Origin: Prorocentrum cordatum
Taxonomy: Eukaryota
NCBI GenBank assembly: GCA_963575745.1
Contig: CAUYUJ010000246.1
Coordinates: 1 to 64,000, forward strand
DNA length: 64,000 nt
Direction: 5' to 3'
The notes under the pieces are model-generated. The model did no database searches. It was not told where the DNA came from and was given only the letters and a program-made list of their open reading frames with translations. A program made the position numbers and the translations under genes. Below are positions 48,870 through 59,333 of this stretch, piece by piece. Positions within the stretch are counted from its first letter, which is position 1; every line of letters starts with the position of its first letter.

Positions 48870-50213
48870 TGCCTCATAGAGCTCTGATGGTAGAAGAGCT
48901 AGAGGAATTCAGCGACAGGGTGGAGCTAGTTGGCGAAATGTCGAAAAGAAACGCGATCATACCTTCCGCGGCCTGGCTCAGCCGATTTTGCAGTTCTCAC
49001 AATTCGTTTGGGCTGCTATTTGCGCAGAGCGAAGCTTGGCATTACAGAAGTTACCTCACAAATCCTTAGTTCATTCCGTCGAAAAAATCTCCCGAGCGAA
49101 GCCAGGGACCGACTTCGCGTTGGCAGTCCAAAAATGCAATTTTCCAGTTTTGCAGAAAATGCCATCAGAAGCTATCTGCTTGCACTTCTAGTTCTCTCAG
49201 GCGTCTGCTTGCACTTCTAGTGCCTCGTAGAGCTCTGAGGGTAGAAGAGCTAGAGGAATTCGGCGACAGGGTGGAGCTAGTTGGCGAAATGTCGAAAAGG
49301 GACGCGATCATACCTTTCGCGGCCTGGCTCAGCCGATTTTGCAGTTCTCACAATTCGTTTGGGCTGCTATTTGCGCAGAGCGAAGCTTGGCATTACAGAA
49401 GTTACCTCACAAATTCTTAGTTCATTCCGTCGAAAATTTCTCGAGCGAAGCCAGCGACCGACTTCGCGTTGGCAGTCCAAAAAAATGCAACTTTCCAGTT
49501 TTGCAGAAAATGCCATCAGAAGCTATCTGCTTTCACTTCTAGTTCTCTCAGGCGTCTGCTTGCACTTCTAGTGCCTCGTAGAGCTCTGATAGAGGAGCTA
49601 GAGGAATTCGGCGACAGGGTGGAGCTAGTTGGCGAAATGTCGAAAAGGGACGCGATCATACCTTCCGCGGCCTGGCTCAGCCGACTGGCGCCGGCAGTGA
49701 ACCGTCAACCTGGTCACCGCCGGGAACCTCGTAGAGCTCATTTCACGCGTAAGAGTTCTAAGTATCGAAAGAGAGAGCTTCTGGAAAAGAAAAATTATTT
49801 TTTTCGTGTCGACATGAAGATGTTCCGCCAAGTGTTTTCATAGTAAAAGCGCGCCTACAGAGCTGATACTGAGACAGAGAGCCTCATAATCGTTTACAGG
49901 TGCGAACAATCTGCTTTCTCAAAATGAATTGCCCAATATCTTTGAAACAATTGCAAAACCACCCAAAAGTTATCACTTTGTCCTTTCTGGTCGGGTCGAC
50001 CAACTAGCTCCACCCCGCGCCAGAATTCCTCTAGCTCATGGATGCCGAAGAGCTCTACGAGGTATTTTGCAGTTCTAACAGTTCGTTTGGGCTGCTATTT
50101 GCGCAGAGCGAAGCTTGGCATTACAGAAGTTACCTCACAAATTCTTAGTTCACTCCGTCGAAAAATTCTCCAGAGCGAAGCCAGGGACCGACTTCACGTT
50201 GGCAGTTCAAAAA
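48870..50213 (+). repeat. Head-to-tail 351-bp type C units
   Basis: TGCCTCRTAGAGCTCTG starts at 48870, 49221 and 49572. The first two units end CACTTCTAG; the third is interrupted. Confidence 0.85.
49685..50064 (-). mobile_element. Complete 380-bp type B element in inverted orientation, inserted at A|T without TSD
   Basis: Minus strand reads TACCTCGTAGAGCTC...CCGGCGCCAG. Flanks CTCAGCCGA and TTTTGCAG rejoin exactly to the two neighbouring uninterrupted 351-bp units. Confidence 0.92.
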
Positions 50214-51554
50214 TACCTCGTAGAGCTCTTCGGCATCGATGAGCTAGAGGAATTCCGGCGCGGGGTGGAGCTAGTTGGCCGACCCGACCAAAAGAGACAA
50301 TGTGATAACCTTGGGTCGGTTTTGCTTTGATTTGAAAGATATTTGACACTTCATTTTGAGAATCGGTATTATTCTCACGTGTAGTGGGTTATGCCGCGTC
50401 TGCCAGTTAAATTCTCAGGTCCGTAGCTGCAATATTACTATCAAAAGACTTGCTGGAACCAACTGCGTTCCGAGTCATCTTGACACGCGTTCACGGTTTT
50501 CTGTACTTAACTCGAGATTTTGAGAGCTACAGAGCTGATACTTACAGAAACCGATTCAGAATGATCAGGCGCGTTCGCCTGTTGCATCCAGAGGCCTGAA
50601 CTCGGTCTGCTACTCGAGCTAGGTCCGTAAAAGTCATCTTCACCAGTGATGCCGGTTTTCTGTACTCAACTCAAGATTCAGAGGAGCTACAGAGCTGGTG
50701 CGCACATAAACTGATTCAGTATCACCAGGCGCTTGCGTCTGTTGCATCGAGAGGCCTGAACTCGTTCTGCTTGTCGAGCTAGGTCCACAACGCTATTCGT
50801 ATTTCTCAAGTTTTCTTTAGAGGCGCTGTCGGTATTCTGCACTTAACTCTAGCTGTAGCACAGCTACAGAGGTGGTACGCACAGAAACCGATACAGAATC
50901 ATCAAGGGCGTTTGGCTGAAGCATCTAGAGCTCTGAACAGATTCTGCTTCTCGAGCTAAGTCCGCAAAACTAGTTGTATGCGATCGATTTTTTTTCGAGT
51001 TTTTTGGCACTCGCCTGAGCTTGCTTCACGTGTTCCGAGGAGCTGGGCAAGAAAAGAGCTCTACGAGGTCCCCGGCGGGTGTAGGGCTCCTGGACCCCAC
51101 AGGCAAGAAAAGGGCTCAAGACATCTCGGCTCTAGGGCTCCTGGACCCCACAGGAGCTCAGGGGGTGTCGGCGCCGCGGGGAAGCGGCGCGGCGGCCATC
51201 GCTGCCATCGACGAGTACGGCATCTTCCAGGCAAGCCAGGCCGCCTGCTTTGTGTACTGTATTTGTTGTTGTTTTTTTCTTGTCGTGTGTGCAACAACGG
51301 ACGGGTACGACTTTTCAATACTTGCTAGACGTTTCCAGCTGGAGGATATTTCCCCGACTGTACCTTATTTGCAGGACTCACAGGATTACGCTGTTGAGGG
51401 ACCAGATTCTGCTGTTGAGAGGGCGTCTCGGAAGAGGCAACTTCAGGATACCGAGCAAATTGTGCGTGACCTTCCACTGGACGGGAGATTGAATACTGCC
51501 GACTCCACACCAGATAGTGATTGTCATTGTGCTGTCCCATCTTCATTTGTGAAT

Positions 51555-52871
51555 ATGAATACAGGGCTCATGAATATGATGCAGACTCCTTCCAACGCAG
51601 CTGTGGCGGGAAATACGATCAACGGAGGGCGTGTGGGAGGGGCTCCAGCAGGTCAGGTCAGTCCTGGAGGTCAAGGATCTGGAGGCGCTCCTGTTGTTCC
51701 TAGAGGCCCAGCTCCACAAGGTGCTCTAGGGGGACCCCCAGGTATGCCCACGGAGGCACAACAAGCGGCGGCCCAAGCGGCTGTTGTCCCTGAAGGTGCT
51801 GGAGAGCATCAGGGTATGCAGGGTGTTAGCGACGACGCCCAACGAAATGTCAAACATCGTGTCAATGGTCCTCAGGAGGCACTCTTGGGGGAACTCGAGG
51901 AGAAGCGAAAGAAACTCAGTGTGGTCTCGGACGAGGCCCCATCCTGGTTCAAGGCCTTCGCGGAGCTCAACGTACTCGAGAGCAAAGTTAGGCAACAAGA
52001 AAACGTCGAAATTAGGGCCGATATTCAGAGCATCTCGAACCGTCAGGAGGCCTCCGACATCAGGATGAGCAACTTGGAACGACAAATGCAGGATCTCAAG
52101 AAGAACCCCAGTGTGATATCAGGTGCTGCCTCGACCACGGCACCTTCCTATGGAGGAGGCCCACCAGGACTCTCGGGACCATCCAGCTTCAATCCCAGCT
52201 ATGTGGAACTCACAGGCTGGACTGACTGGAGCGGGACAGCGGTTACACGTTCGGCCAGTATGATGAGAGACACGGACGCTGCACAATTTATCACTAATTT
52301 GAAGACGGCCATCGCTGCAGAGGATGAAGCTAGGATCGATTACGAGGGCACATTACGTATGAATGGAAGTAGAATGATGTTGAGTACGATCAAAATCAAA
52401 TTCTTTGTAGGAACCGACTCTTCGATACTATACAACGTGAAGCGTGCTTTTGATGATGCTTTAACTCCGAATCCCCAGAGGAATGCGGCTCAGGTTTCGA
52501 GGTCACCTCCAGACTATGACAGCATGTTCCAGGGCATGTTACAGCGACCCAGTCGGGTCCGAGTACGTATAGAAGCTCCACCATGGAAACGTGATCATAT
52601 CGGAGCTGTGGGGCGTTTCTACGGGACATACCGCGAGTGCACCAACGGTGAGGCTATGGAGATCAGGGGGGAGACAGGATCGGGACCCAACGGACGGAGC
52701 ACAATGTGGACCAAACCGCAGGATCCTCAGCACCGACCTGTGGAACTGGCATCCTTTCGTATCAATACGGGGTGGACAGTGGACCGCGAGATCTGGGAGG
52801 GTGTACTTATGCGCAGCGGTGTGACGACTACATACGACACATTTGTGGCGAGTCTTGCCGGCAGGGCGTGA
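51555..52871 (+). CDS. LINE ORF1-like protein (Gly/Pro/Gln-rich N-terminus, coiled coil, globular C-terminal region); start uncertain, frame is open from 51021
   Basis: Lies directly upstream of ORF2; heptad-like ELNVLESKVRQQENVEIRADIQSISNRQEASDIRMSNLERQMQDLKK. Confidence 0.7.
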   Translation: MNTGLMNMMQTPSNAAVAGNTINGGRVGGAPAGQVSPGGQGSGGAPVVPRGPAPQGALGGPPGMPTEAQQAAAQAAVVPEGAGEHQGMQGVSDDAQRNVKHRVNGPQEALLGELEEKRKKLSVVSDEAPSWFKAFAELNVLESKVRQQENVEIRADIQSISNRQEASDIRMSNLERQMQDLKKNPSVISGAASTTAPSYGGGPPGLSGPSSFNPSYVELTGWTDWSGTAVTRSASMMRDTDAAQFITNLKTAIAAEDEARIDYEGTLRMNGSRMMLSTIKIKFFVGTDSSILYNVKRAFDDALTPNPQRNAAQVSRSPPDYDSMFQGMLQRPSRVRVRIEAPPWKRDHIGAVGRFYGTYRECTNGEAMEIRGETGSGPNGRSTMWTKPQDPQHRPVELASFRINTGWTVDREIWEGVLMRSGVTTTYDTFVASLAGRA

Positions 52872-52928
52872 CGGTGCAGAGGTGCCAGTCGGGCTGGTGG
52901 CCCCACAGCCCAGCATAGGCTAGGCACC
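52869..52928 (+). promoter_or_regulatory. Candidate stop-codon readthrough signal: UGA-CGG, 9-nt spacer, stem-loop
   Basis: TGA at 52869-52871 followed by CGG. Pairings GGTGCC/GGCACC (52881-86/52923-28), AGTC/GGCT and GGGCTG/CAGCCC. Confidence 0.55.
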
Positions 52929-55900
52929 CAGAATCTTATGAAACAAGGGGCTACAGCAGATCGGGGATTTGCTTGCATGAGGGCACTTCTTTCTCACGGC
53001 TGTGAAGTGTTCTGTTTACAGGAGTGTGAACACTTACCGTCCAATTCAATTCAGCTGCTTGGCTGGCACCTAGTTTACTCAAGTGACAGGAAGGCTTCCA
53101 TAGCTTTGAGGGGGAAGTCTTGTCACAACATAGTTCGTTCTTGGAACAATCATGCTCGTCTTGCTATTGTGTGCTTGCGTCATCCGTGTATCTTTCTTGT
53201 CTCTGCGTACTTTCCGAATAGATCGGAGAATCGTTCATTGGAGGTGGCTTTTGAGATGCTGAAAACAATCGAAACAACATATCGGAGGTGGAAGGAGGAG
53301 TGCAGATACACATGTGAGCTTGTGATTGCAGGGGATTTTAATGTTGAGCTTGCGCCCGACATCACCTGTTCAGGAGGCACGGTGACTGGAGGCGCTGTGC
53401 AGATTCTCGACGGGAGGGGATATGGGAATGATACGGAGGATAGGCGGTGGGAGGAGGACATGTGGCGATCTCAGCTGCAGGAGTGGCTATGTCGGATGCG
53501 CTTGCTGGCAGTCAATTCTCTCGGCTCGCCGTACTCTCGGCAGCCGACCTTCGTGCATCGTGCGAACAATGCTCGACGCAAGTCTGGGGCGAAGACTATT
53601 GCGCCAAAAGTGCTTGACTATCTCATGGTCCCACAATCCTGGGAGGGTGACTTGGTTGAATGCCGAACGGATTGGATCCCAGAGACCCCGACTACCAACT
53701 TCTCGGATCACGCCTGTGTCTACGCCGAGTTCCAGATGCAGAACCCTCAGGTCACGAAATATCAAGGCCCCCCTAGCCACCACACAAGCCACAAAGAGTT
53801 CCAATCGTATCGGGAGGAGGCCCAATTCCAGGTCCTGGCGGACGTACAGATCCCGACGGTGCCCCCACAACGTATTGCTGGAACGATCGCTGAACATGCG
53901 TTACCACTCCTCGCGGTGAGGGCCCCCAGGTACTCCAGAGGGCTCCCACCAAGTAGGACTCCTCAACATGCCGACCTGGAGGTACAACTCAGAGAGGCAC
54001 GTGCTAGGAAGGACAGAGCGTTGGCTCGAGACCTTCGACGTCGCATCAGACCGCTGGCGCGGGAATATCGCCGACGGAAGGTGGAGTGGGAGGCACTACC
54101 ATCTAGGAAGGGGAGGAGGACACGTGTGACGGAGTTGAGGGTGACGGACACTGGGGGAGGGGATGTGGGTCCTACGACTATGATGACGGAGGACAGGGAA
54201 CTATGGGCGGAGGAGGTGGAGCGATATGCTGTGCAGAGTATGACTTGTGATGACTCCAGAGCCCGCAATCGGGAGCTAGTGTCCACACTGCGTCGCCATG
54301 CATCTCAATCAACAGCCTCTTCGGACAACACACTTACGATCACATACTCTACTATTCTGCAGGCGCGGAGCAGACTCCGAACAGGACGGGCCTGTGGGCC
54401 CGATGGCATCTCGGTTGAACTTCTCAAGGCTCTTTCGTGGAGGTCAGTGCGTTCTATTGGTAAGGTTTTCTCTGATATATTCAACGGGCTTCGCCCGACG
54501 CCAAGGGAATGGCAGGAAGTATACCTAACACTTATGCCGAAAACGAGTAAACTGGAAACATTGCGACAAACAAGGAACCTGCTTGTTGGAAATACCTTGG
54601 CCAAGTGGTATCTCACGTGCGTGACGATTTTACTGGAAAGATGTGTGGAACCCTTCATGAGTGATATGGCGGTCTACGGTTTTACCAGCGGACGGCGTTG
54701 CTGGGAGATTTCATCGGCCATGAAATGTATTGCACAGCATGCTTCCACATGGGGGCGAGATCAAACGGCGTGGCTCCTCAGCTGTGACATCGAGCGGGCG
54801 TTCGATGCTGTGACGCTGCCGACAGTCTCGAGAGCGATGACGGCCCTGGGGATCAGTGCACGGTTACAGTATGCGTTATTGGAGCCTCTCTCATCTACCT
54901 CATGCACGGTGCTGTTTGAAGGAGTGACAATCCCAAATGTGCAATGGGACAGGTCACTCCGTACTGGGGGTACCGAATCACCTATCGCGTTTACTATTGT
55001 CACTATTGCTATGTGGCGGGATGTGATTGCTCGCCTGGACCAGCGCGGTGTCGGAGTCGAGATGCCATGCCATGACGATCACTGCCGGTACGCACGGTGG
55101 AATCATGCTCTCTGGGCCGACAATATTTTTCTGGCCGCCAAGTCAGCATCGGAGGCGCAGGTAGCAGCCACTGCCTTCACTACTGCTCTCAGGGAGTGGG
55201 GGATGGAGTGGAAGGAGGAGAGTTTAGAAATGATGGTGTGTGGTACTCAGTACACTGATACGGTCACGGTTCAGATTGGCTCGCGGATTGTACCTTTCAA
55301 GCGTGTTGAGAGTTTGAATGTGCTGGGATATCAGATTCCCAGAAGTTTCACTGCTATCCACACGGATGTGCAGGAGCGCGTCCAGCAGGCCCGACGGGCG
55401 TTCTTTGCGCAGGTGCAGTATTTTACGTGCAGGGCGTTGCCTCTGGTGAAGAAGTTTCGTCGATATCAATCGACTGTGCAGAGCCGCCTTTTATATGCAG
55501 CAGAGGCCATCACGATTGACAGTGAGTGTGTGAGGGTTATTCATGCGTTCGAGGGTATGTGTCTTCTGAGAATGTCAGGGAGGAGGAAGCCAGGAGATGT
55601 GGGGTGGGAGGTATGGCGGCCAGCTGCACTGACACGTGTCAGGACAATCTTCTGCGATGGGGGTTTCCCATCGGCTGTGCAGATGCTGTGCTGGAAGAGC
55701 TGGGGCATGATGCGCTCCACGAGGCAATATTTACTATCTTTGGAGGAGGACAGGACGGCAAGGACGGAGGTTGAGGTGGAGGGATCAACGACTCAACGTG
55801 CTAAACGTGTTCGCTTTACGGAGGGACGGGGGGAGGATATACCTGCTGCGACTGTGATGGAGGCGGAGGGGAGGAGTACGGACATGGAGAGGAGGCTGGA

Positions 55901-57230
55901 GGATCTCTGCTCGCAGGTCGCCTGTTCCATTGCCCGCTCACAGCCGATGCCCTCTGGAGAGGGAGCTACCCACACTCTCAGAGACGAGCCGCTTGCCGTC
56001 TCAAAGGGGAGGAGGGCCTTTCGAGACTCCCGACGTGCGCTTATGATGTACAATGTTGGCTGGGTCACGGCTCGCGACACAATAACAGAGGTTCTACGAC
56101 AACACGGCAGCAGGGCCTTATCTAGTTCGGGCAAACGGCTTCGTGGAGGCCCTGTGTCTGTGGGCGGACGGTCTTGGCAGTTCCCATACATTCAGTTCTT
56201 TGGGGAAAAGTGGTGGGAGTCTGTACGGGGTGATTGGGTTCAATTCTTGGAGGTATGGAAGCAACTCCTTATACAATACAACAAATCTAAGGTCTATGAT
56301 TACTTTGTGGTGTCTTGGAAGGGCTCTCCTAATGGACCTCGAGGCTCCCCTGAGGCTCGTGAGAAGGCCGATACTGAGATGGTCGATACCGCGACCAACC
56401 CTCTGCACCCCAAGTATGACCCCAAAGAGTCCGCCAAGCTTGCAATACGATATGCGATGATCCAGGAACGCGCGACTGTGTGGGACATATCGTCAGAGGG
56501 TTTTGCTGCTGAGTTCAAGGGTGACTCACTACTTATCTGCTCCTGGCTCCAGGGTAAATGGAGATGTGAGAATCGTGGCTACTGCAAGAGGACAGCTGCC
56601 ATGATTGATTGTACCTTTGAGCTCGCCGCGTGTTTCAATCTGAGGCCTGCTGCCTTGGGACGTGAGATATGGAGACACGAATTCAGGGAGGACAATACAC
56701 GAGCGGATGAATTGACGCATGAGGCCAGATATGGCCGCACATTCTACAGAACTCATCGTTATCTATATCCATTCGAAACTTATCTCGTACCGTTCGCTAT
56801 CAGGGGAGGCTTTGATGGCGGGGTTGACCAGCAAGGATCAGGATGTGGTTTCTGGCTTCAGATCGGCTTAATCAATACTCAGTGCAATCCCAGTGAGATA
56901 GGAATCGCTTCCGCGAGAACCGTGGGCCCCTTCCCTGCTGGGCATGAGTTTGCTGTTTCTAGTGCCGTGCCCCTCGTTTGGAGGGATGTGGCCGAGGCCG
57001 CGTGGCTCCTCGAAGGAGCTACAGTCACAGAATGTGAATTGTCGGCAGCCGAAGCGCTGCTTAGCGCTGCCCGTGTGCTTCTGCGGGACCGGTCCTCGCC
57101 CAGCTGCACCCAGCTGGGAACGCGAGTCCAAACAAACAAACAAACCAGGTTGACGGTTTACCGCCGGCGCCCAAGTTCCGGAGCGCTGGAGAGTAGTTCG
57201 CAAGAAAAATCTCGACGGACCTTTTGCTGA
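52872..57230 (+). CDS. LINE ORF2: APE endonuclease, reverse transcriptase, permuted RNase H (first ATG at 52938)
   Basis: LGTQNL, FCLQEC, VSAYFP, AGDFNVEL, VLDYLMVP, FSDHACV (APE); GPDGISVELL, YGFTSGR, CDIERAFD, LRTGGTESP, LWADNIF (RT); KGDSLLI, NTRAD, FDGG, TECELSAAE (RNase H). Uninterrupted 1430 aa from the ATG. Confidence 0.93.
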   Translation, partial: RCRGASRAGGPTAQHRLGTQNLMKQGATADRGFACMRALLSHGCEVFCLQECEHLPSNSIQLLGWHLVYSSDRKASIALRGKSCHNIVRSWNNHARLAIVCLRHPCIFLVSAYFPNRSENRSLEVAFEMLKTIETTYRRWKEECRYTCELVIAGDFNVELAPDITCSGGTVTGGAVQILDGRGYGNDTEDRRWEEDMWRSQLQEWLCRMRLLAVNSLGSPYSRQPTFVHRANNARRKSGAKTIAPKVLDYLMVPQSWEGDLVECRTDWIPETPTTNFSDHACVYAEFQMQNPQVTKYQGPPSHHTSHKEFQSYREEAQFQVLADVQIPTVPPQRIAGTIAEHALPLLAVRAPRYSRGLPPSRTPQHADLEVQLREARARKDRALARDLRRRIRPLAREYRRRKVEWEALPSRKGRRTRVTELRVTDTGGGDVGPTTMMTEDRELWAEEVERYAVQSMTCDDSRARNRELVSTLRRHASQSTASSDNTLTITYSTILQARSRLRTGRACGPDGISVELLKALSWRSVRSIGKVFSDIFNGLRPTPREWQEVYLTLMPKTSKLETLRQTRNLLVGNTLAKWYLTCVTILLERCVEPFMSDMAVYGFTSGRRCWEISSAMKCIAQHASTWGRDQTAWLLSCDIERAFDAVTLPTVSRAMTALGISARLQYALLEPLSSTSCTVLFEGVTIPNVQWDRSLRTGGTESPIAFTIVTIAMWRDVIARLDQRGVGVEMPCHDDHCRYARWNHALWADNIFLAAKSASEAQVAATAFTTALREWGMEWKEESLEMMVCGTQYTDTVTVQIGSRIVPFKRVESLNVLGYQIPRSFTAIHTDVQERVQQARRAFFAQVQYFTCRALPLVKKFRRYQSTVQSRLLYAAEAITIDSECVRVIHAFEGMCLLRMSGRRKPGDVGWEVWRPAALTRVRTIFCDGGFPSAVQMLCWKSWGMMRSTRQYLLSLEEDRTARTEVEVEGSTTQRAKRVRFTEGRGEDIPAATVMEAEGRSTDMERRLEDLCSQVACSIARSQPMPSGEGATHTLRDEPLAVSKGRRAFRDSRRALMMYNVGWVTARDTITEVLRQHGSRALSSSGKRLRGGPVSVGGRSWQFPYIQFFGEKWWESVRGDWVQFLEVWKQLLIQYNKSKVYDYFVVSWKGSPNGPRGSPEAREKADTEMVDTATNPLHPKYDPKESAKLAIRYAMIQERATVWDISSEGFAAEFKGDSLLICSWLQGKWRCENRGYCKRTAAMIDCTFELAACFNLRPAALGREIWRHEFREDNTRADELTHEARYGRTFYRTHRYLYPFETYLVPFAIRGGFDGGVDQQGSGCGFWLQIGLINTQCNPSEIGIASARTVGPFPAGHEFAVSSAVPLVWRDVAEAAWLLEGATVTECELSAAEALLSAARVLLRDRSSPSCTQLGTRVQTNKQTRLTVYRRRPSSGALESSSQEKSRRTFC

Positions 57231-59333
57231 CTTTTGGTCGGTTGAAAATTTTGTTCTCGAAATTTGACAATTCGTTAGAGCTCTAGTATTTTTTCCCATG
57301 ATATTCGATCTTATTCCCGCTCGCCATCTTGATCTCAGCTCGATCGGGTAACTTTGAAGGCCAAAAAGCAGGCAGGCGGGAACGGCCGTTTCGAGTCATC
57401 TTGATATGCACTAACGGTTTTCTGAACATAACTCGAGCTCTAGGGCAGCTAGAGAGCTGGTAAGCACAGCTAATGCATGCAGAATGATCAGGCGCGTTCG
57501 CCTGTTCAAGCCAGAGGTCTGAACTCGGTCTGCTAGCCGAGCTAGGTTTGCAAACCTGTTCGTATTATTCGAGTCATCTTGACAGAAACTCTCGGTTCTC
57601 TGAACTTACTCGAGCTGTAGGACAGCTACAGAGCTGATATTTACAGGCACCAATTCAGAATCATCAGTTGCGTTTGTCTGTCGAATCCAGAGCTCTGAAC
57701 TCGGTCTGCTGCCCGATCTAGAATCGCGAAACTATTCGTATCGTTCGAGTCGCTTGCGATATGCAATCGGTTATCTGGACTTAACTCGGGCTGTAGGAGG
57801 CTGCATGGCTGGTAATCACTGGAATCGATTCGAAGACATCAGGCGCGTCCGCCTGTCGAATAGAGACCTCTGAACTCTGTCTGCTGCCCGAAGTAGGTCC
57901 GCGAAACTATTCCTATTGTTCGAGTCATCCTGAGAGGTGCCGTCGGTTTTCTGCACTTAACTCGGGCTACAGGGGGGTGCAGGACTGGTAATGACAGGAG
58001 TCGATTCGCAGACATCAGACGCGTTTGTCTCTCGCATTCAGAGGTCAAAAACTATCCACTATATATCAGATTGTTGGTAAGTGCTGTCTGTTTTCTCAAC
58101 TTAAGTCGAGTTAGGAAGCTCTACGAGTCTCCCGGCGGTAACCAAGGTTGACGGTTTACCGCCGGCGCCCAGTTATTGCTGGAAGCTTTAGAGTAATTCC
58201 GGAGCGCTGGAAAGCTAGTAACTCGTAGAGCTTCCCTTAGCAAGTTATTGCTGGAAGCTTAAGAGTAACTCGTACAGCTTCCCTTAGCAGGTTATTGCTG
58301 GAAGCTTAAGAGTAATTCCGGAGCGCTGGAGAGATAGTTGGCAAGAAAAATCTCGGCGGAACTTTTGGTGACTTTTGGTCGGTTGAAACTTTTGTTCTCG
58401 AAATCTGACCATTCGTTAGAGCTCTAGTATTTTTTCTGTGATATTCGATCTTATTCCCGCTCGCCATCTTGATCTCAGCTCGATCGGGTAGCTTTTACTG
58501 CCAAAAAGCACGGTGGCGGGATCGGCCGTTTCGAGTCATCTTGATACGCGTTATTGGTATTTTGTACTTAACTCGAGCTGTAGGGCAGCTACAGAGCTGG
58601 TAAGCACACCTATCGCATTCAGAATCATTAGGCGCGTTCGCCTGTTGAATCTAGAGGTCTGAACTCGGTCTGCTAGCCGATCTAGATCTGCAAATCTATT
58701 CGTAATATATGGGTCATCTTGATAGACGTTCTCGGTTCTCTGTACTTAACTCGAGCTACAGGACAGCTACAGAGCTCGTAAGTACACCTATCGCATTCAG
58801 AATCATTATTCGCGTTCGCCTGTTCAATCTAGAGGTCTGAACTCGTTCTGCTAGCCGAGCTAGGTCCGCAAACCTATTCGTATCATTTTGGTTATCTTGA
58901 TAGACGCCCTCGGTTTTCTGTATGTAGGGCAGCTGCAGAGCTCATAATCACAGAAATCGATTGGGAATCATTCGGCGCGCTCGCGCGTCGAGTCGAGAGC
59001 TCTGGGCTCGGCCTGCTGCCCGAGCTAGGTTCGCAAAACCATTCGTATTGTTCCAGTCATTCTGAGAAGTGCTCTCGCTATTCCGCACTCAACTCGTGCT
59101 GGGGGGGCTACAGTACTGCTGGTCCCGGAAATCGATTCTGAGACATCAGGCGCGTCCGTTTGTCGAATCCAGAGCTCGGAACTCGGTACTAGGTCCGCGA
59201 AACTATTCTATTATTGGAGTTGTTCGTTTTTTTGTTAGAGTCATCTTGAGAAGTCTGAAATCGCTTAGCCTGAAAAACTAGTCGTTCTTCGGAATTCTCT
59301 CCACATTCCTACGAGTCAGGAAGCTCTACGAGT

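Larger units (their letters stand above)
51081..57144 (+). mobile_element. Apparently full-length two-ORF non-LTR retrotransposon (LINE copy 3) with (CAAA)n tail
   Basis: Sits between CCCGGCGG(G)T and CCAGGTTGACGGTTTACCGCC, i.e. inside the 3' hairpin of a type B element starting at 50214. (CAAA)4 at 57129-57144. Confidence 0.9.
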
